From positions 20,779-84,778 of the forward strand of contig JAZNSH010000034.1 of the NCBI GenBank assembly GCA_045591115.1: 64,000 bases of DNA, written 5' to 3'. The position numbers and the translations under genes are program-made. This DNA is from Clostridia bacterium (GTDB lineage Bacteria; Bacillota; Clostridia; Christensenellales; QALW01). Shown here one piece after another: positions 54,177 through 63,186 of the stretch. Within the stretch, counting starts at the first letter, position 1. Every line of letters begins with the position of its first letter. The notes under the pieces were generated by a model, which saw nothing but the letters and a program-made list of their open reading frames with translations, ran no database searches and was not told where the DNA came from.

Positions 54177-54205
54177 ATTATATCATTAGTAATAAAAAAT
54201 TGCAA
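54177..54205 (-). promoter_or_regulatory. Candidate sigma-A promoter: TTGCAA, 17-nt spacer, TATAAT (minus strand)
   Basis: On the minus strand, TTGCAA (54205-54200), a 17-nt spacer, and TATAAT (54182-54177), about 40 nt upstream of the FAD-oxidoreductase ATG. Confidence 0.55.
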
Positions 54206-54488
54206 TATAAATCTTGAGAAATTTTATGTTGTTATTGCTTAATTTTTAAGCAATATTTCTATTTTTCAAAAAATATGTTTTACATAAAATTAAAGTCATA
54301 GAATTAGTATTACAATAAACTAATTTTACCGTCGCGTTCAACAGAATCAATCCATATCATAAGAACTGTTATGGGATGATTGTATGCATTATCGTTTTTG
54401 TGTATATACTCTGCAATTATAATCCAAGAGTTTGCATCATATGTATTTGCATTAACAAAAAATAAAGTTTGGCAAGTATAAAAACATC

Positions 54489-54517
54489 TTGCAATTACAT
54501 AACATATTTGGTATAAT
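54489..54517 (+). promoter_or_regulatory. Candidate promoter: TTGCAA, 17-nt spacer, extended -10 TGgTATAAT
   Basis: TTGCAA at 54489-54494 and TATAAT at 54512-54517, preceded by TG. An AAGGAGA SD precedes the ATG at 54548. Confidence 0.6.
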
Positions 54518-54547
54518 ATACTAAATATTTCATAAGGAGAAAAACAA

Positions 54548-57019
54548 ATGAATTTAACTGAGTTCAGTAAAAACATTCTTTGTCCTCAAAGCAAAATATG
54601 TTATGCCGAAAGTGTAAAGCATATTTGGGGAACTGTAGATGATGTTGAAAACATTCTTGGCGCTGAAGGAACAACTGTATTGAAATATGACGGTGACGTT
54701 GCACCTAAGCTTCTTCTTCATTTAGGAAGAGCATCAAATGGAGGATATCCCGTTTTTAAAGTTAAATCATTCAGCGGAGATAAACCGGTAATCCGTCTTG
54801 CTTATTCTGACTGGTATGACTATATTATGGAAGAAAAACACGGTGAAAACGGTGATTTTGCCCGTGGTTGCTGTAAATATTTAGGTGTTGAGCTTCCTGT
54901 TCTTCCCGGAGATCCCAACCGCTTTAATCTTTTTACAATTACACATAGCGGTGAATATATCTCCCCTCTTGTTCAGGGACAGCAAAACTGGCTTATGATC
55001 AAGCTTGAAACTCCCGGAACTTCCGTAGAAATTGAATATGCATATATTTATTATACGTCTGATGATTCTAAGTACGATGGCGCTTTTGATTGCTCGGACG
55101 AGAATCTTACAAAGTTATGGTATGCATCCTGTTGGACCTGCCAGATTGCAACAATCACAAATTCTCATTCTTGGGACAATCTTAACAACACGTTGCTTCT
55201 TCGTGCATTAGCAAAAGGTGTTGATGCAGGTTTCTATAAGGATGGCATAAATTTGCAAAACTACACAGTTGAATTTGATGGAGCTATTGCTAACAACCCA
55301 CAGATGTGCTCAGGTATCGGTGTTTTGTTGCGCGCTACAGACATTGAAAGCGGTTATGCAATTTTCCTTAATCTTGACGGTTCTATTGAAGCTTATTCAA
55401 GAAAAAACAGTGCTTATACGTTCATTGCAGGTACAAAAACTGATTTTGAAGTTATTGATAATAAGTTCTATCACATTACCGCTTCTGCAAACGGAAATGA
55501 AATTTCATTTGCTATTGATGGAAAAACATATCTTGCATTTAACGATGACACCTATCCCGTAGGTTCTTTTGGTTTCTGCCAGACAACTGAAAAATGGGCT
55601 CTTGCAAGAGATCTTAAAGTTATCTGTAACGGTGACGTAATTTGGACTGATGATTTTTCTGGAAATCTCGATTCTTATGATTTTACCCGTTCTGCCCCAT
55701 TTGTTTCCGATGGTGCAAAGCGTGATAGACTTCCCTGGATCGGTGATCTTGATTGGGCAGGCAGGAATATTTATTATGCTTTTAAGAACTTTAAAGCTAT
55801 GCCTGAATCATTAAGAATGTTTGCATTCCATCAAACGCCTGAAGGTTACGTTTGGGGTACTTGCTATCCTGAAAACACAAGGAAGCCTGAAATTGGAAAT
55901 TACGGCTATTATGAATCAGACATTTTCTCTGCCTGGATAGTTCCCACCCTTGCTGACTACCTTCTCTATACTGATGATAAAGCTTTCTGTGAAGAAATTT
56001 ATCAAAACATTAAGGATGATGTGAACTATCTTTGGAGATTTGTTGAAGCTGATGGTTTATTTAACCAGCGCTATGCAACAAGTAAAGGATTATGGGATCA
56101 TACTCTTAATGATATGGGTAAGTTCACCTATAATAACCTTATTGTTTCGGAAGCATTTGGCGAAGCCGCATATATTGCAGGTGTTTTAGGTAAAACTGAG
56201 GACGAAAAGGATTTCTCACGTCGTAAAAAAGTCGTTAGAGATGCCATTAAGAAAAACTTCACCAGTCCCGAAGGCTGGCTTACAAAAGGTCTTGATGATC
56301 GCGATATGTGTGAAATGTCTAACCCGTTAGCTTTATCAATTCATTATTTTGAAGATAAAGCTCAGGCAAAAGCTGCTATTGATGCTCTTATCGACAGAAC
56401 ACCTGGACATGCAAAGATCACTGCTCTTATGATTCGCGGCGCATATATGTATGATTATGATGAAGAAGCCTTTGAAACAATGTATAAGCCCGGTTATACT
56501 TATGTTAAAGACAGCGAAGATTTCATTGTATATGATGCACTTGAGGATCCTCATTTTGACTTTAGATCTCATAATATGCATCCTGCAAACTGGATCAAGG
56601 CACTTAATGATTGGCGTGGACCTATGACAACTTGGGAATGTATGACATATCCTCCTCTTAAAGAAAGCAACGGTGGCGCTTGGGGTGACCGTTCACATCC
56701 TGATACTGCAATAGCGCATATTCTTTCAGGCTATATTCTCGGCGTAAAGCCTGAAAAACCCGGATTTAAAACATTCACTGTTGAGCCTCATACCTATGGT
56801 CTCAAAAATGCGAAGGGTATTATTCCTTCAGTTTATGGTGATATATTTGCATCTTGGTCAATCGAAAACAATGTTATGACTTTATCTATCGATTTTAACG
56901 GTGAAAATGAGCTTTCATCTATTCGCATTAAAAAGTCTGATGCTGATAAGTTTAACGTTATTGTTAACGGCAAGAGCTTTGATGCAAAATATGAAGAAAA
57001 TGGATTTATTTATTTTTAA
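54548..57019 (+). CDS. GH78-like six-hairpin glycoside hydrolase (alpha-L-rhamnosidase family) with a concanavalin-like domain
   Basis: 823 aa. A ConA/LamG-like segment (aa about 240-370) is followed by DGAKRDRLPWIGDLDWAG. That resembles the D.P.R.ER..W.GD motif opening the (alpha/alpha)6 domain of GH78 enzymes. Confidence 0.65.
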   Translation: MNLTEFSKNILCPQSKICYAESVKHIWGTVDDVENILGAEGTTVLKYDGDVAPKLLLHLGRASNGGYPVFKVKSFSGDKPVIRLAYSDWYDYIMEEKHGENGDFARGCCKYLGVELPVLPGDPNRFNLFTITHSGEYISPLVQGQQNWLMIKLETPGTSVEIEYAYIYYTSDDSKYDGAFDCSDENLTKLWYASCWTCQIATITNSHSWDNLNNTLLLRALAKGVDAGFYKDGINLQNYTVEFDGAIANNPQMCSGIGVLLRATDIESGYAIFLNLDGSIEAYSRKNSAYTFIAGTKTDFEVIDNKFYHITASANGNEISFAIDGKTYLAFNDDTYPVGSFGFCQTTEKWALARDLKVICNGDVIWTDDFSGNLDSYDFTRSAPFVSDGAKRDRLPWIGDLDWAGRNIYYAFKNFKAMPESLRMFAFHQTPEGYVWGTCYPENTRKPEIGNYGYYESDIFSAWIVPTLADYLLYTDDKAFCEEIYQNIKDDVNYLWRFVEADGLFNQRYATSKGLWDHTLNDMGKFTYNNLIVSEAFGEAAYIAGVLGKTEDEKDFSRRKKVVRDAIKKNFTSPEGWLTKGLDDRDMCEMSNPLALSIHYFEDKAQAKAAIDALIDRTPGHAKITALMIRGAYMYDYDEEAFETMYKPGYTYVKDSEDFIVYDALEDPHFDFRSHNMHPANWIKALNDWRGPMTTWECMTYPPLKESNGGAWGDRSHPDTAIAHILSGYILGVKPEKPGFKTFTVEPHTYGLKNAKGIIPSVYGDIFASWSIENNVMTLSIDFNGENELSSIRIKKSDADKFNVIVNGKSFDAKYEENGFIYF

Positions 57020-57036
57020 TTTAAAGGAGAATTATT

Positions 57037-57273
57037 ATGAAAAAAGTTTCAGTTAAACTCAACGATTCAACACTTATAAAAGCATTTGTTAATATCATTA
57101 ACAAATATTCTTTTGAAATGGACCTTAAATCAGGCAGATATGTTGTTGATGCTAAAAGTATTTTAGGAATTTTTAGTCTTGATCTTTCAAATAACATTGA
57201 TCTTGAAATTCATTCAGATAATGAAGATGAAGTTGCTAAGCTTCTTGAAGATATAAAAGACTTTATTGCCTAA
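57037..57273 (+). CDS. HPr-like protein lacking the His15 phosphorylation site
   Basis: 78 aa. The VVDAKSILGIFSL segment aligns with the HPr Ser46 region (NLKSIMGVMSL). The position equivalent to His15 reads DSTLIKAF, compared with DSGIHARP. Confidence 0.6.
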   Translation: MKKVSVKLNDSTLIKAFVNIINKYSFEMDLKSGRYVVDAKSILGIFSLDLSNNIDLEIHSDNEDEVAKLLEDIKDFIA

Positions 57274-57279
57274 AAAATT

Positions 57280-57303
57280 AAGCCTGCTTATGCAGGCTTT
57301 TTA
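57280..57303 (+). terminator. Rho-independent terminator
   Basis: AAGCCTGC ttat GCAGGCTT followed by TTTTA. Confidence 0.8.
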
Positions 57304-57319
57304 TCAAAGAGGAGTTTTT

Positions 57320-57835
57320 ATGAATTTTACCGAGTCATCGCTGACAATTCTTTATTTATTACAAGAATCGAAGGTTCCGTTAAATATGGAACAGATTTGT
57401 GCTGCTTTGGCTGCATCGAGTGAATTTACTTACATTGATGCATCAATTTCTATTACAAATTTACTTGAAAAAAACTATATTTTAAAAGAAAACTCGCCTA
57501 TCGGTGATACTTATACGATTACTGTTGACGGAAGAATTGCTTTAGCTCATTTAAAAACTGATATTCGAGGCTCTATCAGAAAAAAATTATCCGAGTATAT
57601 TAACGATAATCTTTCAAAGTTAAGCCTTAAATCCAATTTATCATCGAGAATTTCTCTTCTTGATAACGGAAAATATCAGATCCATCTTCGTGTTTTCGAT
57701 AAGGATATGTCAATGAATGATATTATATTAACCGCACACAATGAAGATGAGGCAAAAATCATCGTAAAGAATTGGGAAATGCATGCGGATGATGCTATCG
57801 CTGCATTATACAGCGTTCTTATGAAGGATATATAA
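57320..57835 (+). CDS. DUF4364-like small winged-helix protein
   Basis: The ATG at 57320 follows AGAGGAG and lies after the terminator. The track start at 57266 spans that terminator. The N-terminal pattern LTILYLLQESKVPLNMEQI...Y.IT..G matches my recollection of DUF4364. Confidence 0.5.
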   Translation: MNFTESSLTILYLLQESKVPLNMEQICAALAASSEFTYIDASISITNLLEKNYILKENSPIGDTYTITVDGRIALAHLKTDIRGSIRKKLSEYINDNLSKLSLKSNLSSRISLLDNGKYQIHLRVFDKDMSMNDIILTAHNEDEAKIIVKNWEMHADDAIAALYSVLMKDI

Positions 57836-58553
57836 TATTATTTATTAAATCAAATCTTTTATTTGTTTTTTCAAAAATTGGAATATCACTGAATTTGCAC
57901 AGGAATTCTCCTGTGCTTCTTTTTTGCGACAAAATATTTAAGTTTTCGGATAAAATATAATTAAAATCAAGGCCATTAAATATAATTCGATTATCAAATA
58001 AGAATATGTCCCCTATTTGTCTTTGAAAACTTATTGTTTTAAGTTCATCAAGATTAAAATTATACATTTTTATGTAACTATAATTTTCGTCGTTTAATAA
58101 TATGTACACATAATTTTTAATAATAATTTTTTGCGGAATGTTTTGTAAAATTATCCTTTGGGAGTAATCATAAAAATTTGTTTTAATTAAAAAATTGTCA
58201 TTATACGTTATTGCAAATATAAAATTATTAAATATGTCAAAATCAGCAAGATGCTCACCCATTTTAACTGTTTTAATAATATTTCCTTTTAAATCATAAG
58301 CTGAAATACATCCTGTATCTTCACCTGACACATAAATATTATCTTTTACAATAAGCTTATTTGAAAAAGAATCAATAACAGAAAATGAATATAATTCTTT
58401 ATTATTTGAATAAACAAAAATTTTACCTTCACATAAAAAATAAATTAAAGTATTCTTTATTGTGACAAAACAACAATTCAAAATATTATATTCACATTTT
58501 TCTTTATTAATGGTCAAAATGATTTTATCTTCGAATAAATCTGCAAACCACAC
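57819..58553 (-). CDS. Hypothetical protein (244 aa, very AT-rich, beta-rich repeat-like sequence)
   Basis: A long ORF in extremely AT-rich DNA is unlikely to stay open by chance. It has a GTG start and no recognisable motif. Its 3' end overlaps the convergent DUF4364-like gene by 17 nt. Confidence 0.5.
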   Translation of the reverse strand: MWFADLFEDKIILTINKEKCEYNILNCCFVTIKNTLIYFLCEGKIFVYSNNKELYSFSVIDSFSNKLIVKDNIYVSGEDTGCISAYDLKGNIIKTVKMGEHLADFDIFNNFIFAITYNDNFLIKTNFYDYSQRIILQNIPQKIIIKNYVYILLNDENYSYIKMYNFNLDELKTISFQRQIGDIFLFDNRIIFNGLDFNYILSENLNILSQKRSTGEFLCKFSDIPIFEKTNKRFDLINNIIYPS

Positions 58554-58580
58554 ATAATCACCCGATAAATTATATGTGAA

Positions 58581-58616
58581 AAAATTAAAAAGCGTGCATC
58601 AAAGGATGCACGCTTT
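58581..58616 (-). terminator. Rho-independent terminator of rpmF
   Basis: On the minus strand: AAAGCGTGCATC cttt GATGCACGCTTT followed by TTAATTTTTT. Confidence 0.8.
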
Positions 58617-58632
58617 ACTCGCTAAAAAAGAA

Positions 58633-58821
58633 TTATTCTTCTTCCTTTGTAACGATCTGCTTGCCATTGTAGTAACCGCAAGCCTTGCACATTCTGTGTG
58701 CAAGCATCTTTGCATGACACTGAGGACACTCAACGATGCCGGGAAGAGAAAGCTTCCAGTTTGCACGTCTTGAGTCACGTCTTGCTCTTGAAATTTTACG
58801 CTTAGGTGCAATTGCGCCCAT
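58633..58821 (-). CDS. rpmF: 50S ribosomal protein L32
   Basis: MGAIAPKRKISRARRDSRRANWKL...CPQCHAKMLAHRMCKACGYY. Confidence 0.95.
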   Translation of the reverse strand: MGAIAPKRKISRARRDSRRANWKLSLPGIVECPQCHAKMLAHRMCKACGYYNGKQIVTKEEE

Positions 58822-58833
58822 GTGAACACCTCC

Positions 58834-59322
58834 TTAGTCCACAAGTCCACGCAGGATAGCGAAAGGATTATCTTCATCAATATCACTGCATGTACAAGAT
58901 GAAAAATTTTTATCAATACCGCAGTGAGGACACAGACCTTTACAATCTTCTTTACATAAACGTTCAATTGGTAAAGAAGAAATTACCGTATCATTCACAA
59001 GCGGTTGAAGATCAACAACTGAGTTTTTGCCAATGAGCAATGTTTCATCCTCTGCGACAGAAGAAAAAATTTCACTAAAGTTAAAACTAAAGCTTTTGTC
59101 AAATTCCTTAAGGCAACGATCACATTCAAAAATGCACTTAACGTTAACCATGCCATAAAAACGAACGTTATTTCCGTCTGCAAAATAGAAACCTGATACA
59201 TTAACATCCTCGAATCTAACATTACCCATATAGTTAATAGGTTCGATTTCAGCATTTATATCAAATTCATATCTATCCCCTTCATTATAGAGGGAATCTT
59301 TAACCGAAACATTTATACTCAT
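58834..59322 (-). CDS. YceD/DUF177 family protein (YlbN-like)
   Basis: 162 aa with a C-terminal CKEDCKGLCPHCGIDKN motif. It lies immediately upstream of rpmF, as in many bacteria. Confidence 0.85.
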   Translation of the reverse strand: MSINVSVKDSLYNEGDRYEFDINAEIEPINYMGNVRFEDVNVSGFYFADGNNVRFYGMVNVKCIFECDRCLKEFDKSFSFNFSEIFSSVAEDETLLIGKNSVVDLQPLVNDTVISSLPIERLCKEDCKGLCPHCGIDKNFSSCTCSDIDEDNPFAILRGLVD

Positions 59323-59368
59323 AACAATACCTGACTATTATATCTATATTTAAAACATTTGTCAATCA

Positions 59369-60568
59369 TTATTTTGAAAGTTCTTTTGTATCCCTTGCAA
59401 TAACGAGTTCTTCGTTTGTGGGGATTACAACGATCTTAACTGAAGAATCTTCAGTGGAAACAATAGCTTCCTTGCCGTGAATAGTCTTGTTTAAATCATA
59501 ATTCATTTTAGCACCAAGGAACTCAAGGCCTTCTACTGAACCTGCGCGAACTGCATCGTCATTTTCACCAACGCCTGCGGTAAATACGATCGCATCAACG
59601 CCACCCATTGCAGCAGCATAAGCACCGATAAATTTCTTAACGTTATAACAGAAAATATCAACAGCAAGCTTTGCGCGCATATTACCTTCCTTAGCTGCAG
59701 CAGCAAGATCTCTAAAGTCACTGCTTACACCTGAAATACCAAGCATACCGCTCTTTTTATTGAGATATGAATCCATTTCATCAATAGTCATATTATATTT
59801 GTTCATAAGGAAACGAATAATTGCAGGGTCAATATTACCGCAACGTGTACCCATAGGAAGACCCTCAATAGGTGTAAGACCCATTGTAGTGTCAAGACAT
59901 TTGCCACCCTTTACTGCCGCAATACTTGAACCGTTACCTAAATGGCAGGAAACAATGTTGAGCTCTTCGGGATTTTTGCCTAAAATTTCAGCACAACGCT
60001 GTGAAACAAATTTATGGCTTGAACCGTGGAACCCGTATCTTCTAACCTTATGCTCTTCATATGCTTCGTAAGGAAGACCGTAAATAAAGCTTGTTGCAGG
60101 CATTGTCTGATGGAATGCAGTATCAAATACGCCTACCATAGGAGTATTGGGCATAACAGCCTTACAAGCAGCAATACCCTGAAGGTTTGCAGGGTTGTGT
60201 AAGGGAGCAAGATCAATTAAGCTTTCCATCATATCAACAACTTCATCAGTAATCTTAACTGAGCAAGCAAACTTATCACCGCCGTGAACAACACGGTGGC
60301 CAACTGCATCAATTTCATCCATTGTTTTGATTACGCCAACCTTTTCATCGGTAAGCTTGTTAAGTACACGCTGAATTGCATCTTCGTGGTTTGGGATATT
60401 AAGATCCTCATCCTTAAAAGTTTCACCCTTAGCAACATATTTATGCTCAGAGCCTCCACCAAGACCGATACGGTCCATTGCACCTTTTGCGATAACCTGT
60501 TCATTATCCATATCAAAAAGCTGATATTTCATTGAACTTGAACCTGCATTAATAACTAAAACTTTCAT
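59369..60568 (-). CDS. ackA: Acetate kinase
   Basis: MKVLVINAGSSSMKYQLF..., HRVVHGG, GFHGSSH, and a GVGEN-type C-terminal motif. Confidence 0.95.
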   Translation of the reverse strand: MKVLVINAGSSSMKYQLFDMDNEQVIAKGAMDRIGLGGGSEHKYVAKGETFKDEDLNIPNHEDAIQRVLNKLTDEKVGVIKTMDEIDAVGHRVVHGGDKFACSVKITDEVVDMMESLIDLAPLHNPANLQGIAACKAVMPNTPMVGVFDTAFHQTMPATSFIYGLPYEAYEEHKVRRYGFHGSSHKFVSQRCAEILGKNPEELNIVSCHLGNGSSIAAVKGGKCLDTTMGLTPIEGLPMGTRCGNIDPAIIRFLMNKYNMTIDEMDSYLNKKSGMLGISGVSSDFRDLAAAAKEGNMRAKLAVDIFCYNVKKFIGAYAAAMGGVDAIVFTAGVGENDDAVRAGSVEGLEFLGAKMNYDLNKTIHGKEAIVSTEDSSVKIVVIPTNEELVIARDTKELSK

Positions 60569-60681
60569 AAAAAACCTCCATGAAAAAAATATTGATTTTT
60601 AATTTTTGTGTGTTATAATAAACATACATCGTTATTATAGCACAGTTTCTTTATTTAGTACAGAATTTTTAAGAAAAAAAG

Positions 60682-61746
60682 GTGATTAAAATTAAAATTT
60701 GTGGCATAATTTGCGAATATAACCCTTTGCATAAGGGACATATATATCAAATTGAAGAGGCGAGAAGTTTAACCGAGGCTGATTACATAGTTTGTATTAT
60801 GAGCGGAAACTTTGTTCAGCGAGGCGAAAATGCAATTTTTGATAAGTTCAAGCGTTGCGAGGCTGTTCTGAAATCCGGTGCTGATGCAGTTGTTGAGTTG
60901 CCGACAATTTATTCGCTTCAATCTGCAGAATATTTTGCATACGGCGGAGTTCAGATCGCTGATTCTGTTGGTTGCACTCATCTGTGCTTTGGCTCAGAAG
61001 CCGGTGATTTAAACGTTTTATTTGACTCAAAGGATTCAGAAAATTTCAAAGAACTTTTAAAAAGCGGAGTTTCTTACGGAAAATCACTTTCTCAGTTTGA
61101 TGGTGAGCCCAATAATCTTTTGGGAAAAGAATATCTTAAATCGATCACCTCATTAAATAGTGACATTATTCCAATAACGGTTAAAAGATTGGCAGAATAT
61201 GCCTCAGCAAGCCAAATAAGGGCCGATTTAATGAACGGAACAATAAATACTGAGATGTACCCTTTCGATAACTCTCCCCTCTATTTTGATCGTTTTTTTG
61301 ATCTGATAAAGTATAAGTTATTTGCAATGTCTTTAGATCAGATTTCAAGTATCTGCGGTGTTAGTGAAGGACTTGAGCATAAGATAAAAAAAGAGCTTGA
61401 TAATTCAAACTCAATGGATGAATTGATACTTAATATTAAGAGCAAACGTTACACATTTTCCCGAATAAGCAGAATTTTGTGTTGTGCACTTCTTGATATT
61501 ACTAAAGAAAAGCTTAATATGCTTATAAATGACACACCAAAGGTTAAACTCTTGGGCATAAAAAAAGAAAGCATAAAACTGCTATCATTTTTAAATAATT
61601 ATTATATTTCTCCGCTTGATGCTTATAAATACAACAAAAGCACAGAAATCTCTTCTGAAACAAACGTTTTATCAACTCAAGTATATTCTGTATTATCAGA
61701 TATTAAAGGTAATGAAGACTATACCAAAGGACTTTTAAAAATTTGA
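60682..61746 (+). CDS. tmcAL: tRNA(Met) cytidine acetate ligase (YlbM/TmcAL family nucleotidyltransferase)
   Basis: GIICEYNPLHKGHIYQIEEAR (HIGH-like motif) and IMSGNFVQRGE. GTG start. Confidence 0.85.
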   Translation: MIKIKICGIICEYNPLHKGHIYQIEEARSLTEADYIVCIMSGNFVQRGENAIFDKFKRCEAVLKSGADAVVELPTIYSLQSAEYFAYGGVQIADSVGCTHLCFGSEAGDLNVLFDSKDSENFKELLKSGVSYGKSLSQFDGEPNNLLGKEYLKSITSLNSDIIPITVKRLAEYASASQIRADLMNGTINTEMYPFDNSPLYFDRFFDLIKYKLFAMSLDQISSICGVSEGLEHKIKKELDNSNSMDELILNIKSKRYTFSRISRILCCALLDITKEKLNMLINDTPKVKLLGIKKESIKLLSFLNNYYISPLDAYKYNKSTEISSETNVLSTQVYSVLSDIKGNEDYTKGLLKI

Positions 61747-61759
61747 TTTGTTATTAAAG

Positions 61760-61781
61760 CCGCACTTTGGTGCGGTTTTTT
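61760..61781 (+). terminator. Rho-independent terminator
   Basis: CCGCAC tttg GTGCGG followed by TTTTTT. Confidence 0.7.
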
Positions 61782-61813
61782 CATATTTCAGAGCGACTAA
61801 GACATACATTATT

Positions 61814-62737
61814 ATGGTGATTATTTTGCTGTATATTGTATTACTATTCTTCTGTATAATATTTCCTGAAATAACTATAAGCACAACGAAGGAAACGGTT
61901 TATTTATGGGCAACAAGTGTTCTGCCATCATTACTTCCGTTTTTTATAATAAGCAAAATGATTTTATATAATGGTGGTATTTCTTATTTCTCAAAAATTC
62001 TAAAGCCTGTTACAAAATTTTTGGGTCTTCCCGAAGCAATCGCCTTTCCACTTTCGATGAGTCTTTTATGCGGATATCAGACCGGAAGCAAAACAGTTGC
62101 AGGTATGGGGATAAAAAATGCAAATTTATTTGGAAATATCTGCTTTTCGGCAAGTCCTATCTTCGTTATCGGAACAGTTGGAACTGTGTTTTTAAATAAT
62201 CAAAAGGACGGATACATTTTATATGTGATTCACCTATGTACCTTGATAATTTTTTCAACATTTTATACATCGAAAACAGAAAAAAATATAAATGATTTTA
62301 AGTGTGAAAACGGAACAATGTTAGATGCAATAGCAAGTAGTATAAACTCAATTCTTAGCGTATGCGGATTTATGGTAGCATTTAATTTATGCACACAAAT
62401 ACCTGCATCAGTATTGCCTGAAAAAATTAACGTGTATATTTCAGGCATAATAGAATTTACGTGCGGAATTAAAAATTCAACCGTTTTATTATCAGATCCT
62501 ATGCCCCTTATAAGCTTCTTTTTATCTTTCGGTGGCTTGTGTGTAATTTCGCAATGCTTGTACAATTTAAAAAATATTGATAAGATAAAATTTGTTCTTA
62601 ATAGGGTTATTTGCGGATTGATTTCTTTTATTTTGTGTATTATATATAAAAAAACCGCCTTATATATGCCAATATTGATTACTTTTATAATAGTAATATC
62701 GGCACATATCCTCAGGCGGAAAAATATTATTGATTAA
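61814..62737 (+). CDS. ylbJ: Sporulation integral membrane protein YlbJ-like (nucleoside-recognition/Gate-domain membrane protein)
   Basis: VYLWATSVLPSLLPFFIISKMIL...GYQTGSK pattern, multi-TM. The ATG at 61814 is chosen because the track start at 61748 would span the tmcAL terminator. Confidence 0.65.
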   Translation: MVIILLYIVLLFFCIIFPEITISTTKETVYLWATSVLPSLLPFFIISKMILYNGGISYFSKILKPVTKFLGLPEAIAFPLSMSLLCGYQTGSKTVAGMGIKNANLFGNICFSASPIFVIGTVGTVFLNNQKDGYILYVIHLCTLIIFSTFYTSKTEKNINDFKCENGTMLDAIASSINSILSVCGFMVAFNLCTQIPASVLPEKINVYISGIIEFTCGIKNSTVLLSDPMPLISFFLSFGGLCVISQCLYNLKNIDKIKFVLNRVICGLISFILCIIYKKTALYMPILITFIIVISAHILRRKNIID

Positions 62738-63173
62738 AATCAGCAAGATCTTGAGAAATCTGATCATCAATATCGTGAACACGAGCCTTAAGCTCTTCAA
62801 ATACACTTAATGCATAATTCTTTGCAGAAATTTTAACTTCTTTAGCATTAGCGCGTGCATTATCAATGATCTTTTTCGCTTCTATCTCAGCGTTACGGGT
62901 TATTTCGTGCTCCATAACCATTTCTTCAGCGGTCTTTTGAGCAGCAGCAATGCACTGTTTTGCTTCTTCTTCCGCATCAATAAGAATCTGACGGCGCTCC
63001 TTCATAATATTGCAAGCTCTTTCAATTTCTGTAGGAAGGCTTTCACGAAGTTCATCAAGAATGTCCAGACAAGTATCTGCATCAACTAATGATTTATCAG
63101 AAAACAAGCCTTTCTTGGTTTGACTCAACTCTTTTTCAAGTTCGTCAAGTAAATTAGAAATAACGCTATCCAT
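62727..63173 (-). CDS. Coiled-coil protein of unknown function
   Basis: 148 aa, strongly charged with heptad-like sequence (EEEAKQCIAAAQKTAEEMVMEHEITRNAEIEAKKIIDNARANAKE). Its 3' end overlaps the convergent ylbJ by 11 nt. Confidence 0.5.
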   Translation of the reverse strand: MDSVISNLLDELEKELSQTKKGLFSDKSLVDADTCLDILDELRESLPTEIERACNIMKERRQILIDAEEEAKQCIAAAQKTAEEMVMEHEITRNAEIEAKKIIDNARANAKEVKISAKNYALSVFEELKARVHDIDDQISQDLADFNQ

Positions 63174-63186
63174 CTTAAATACTCCT

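Noticed and set aside
54310-54576. An 88-aa minus-strand ORF in the track, spanning the GH78-like gene start and its promoter.
   Set aside because: It has no SD. Its start lies inside the opposite-strand coding region and it runs through a good plus-strand promoter. Only its tail could be a relic, which is covered in the finding on the unexplained intergenic sequence.
58576-58967. Track ORFs 58576-58773 (+) and 58599-58967 (-), which overlap rpmF and the yceD-like gene.
   Set aside because: They are alternative-frame or antisense readings of well-supported genes (L32 and DUF177). They have no independent signals.
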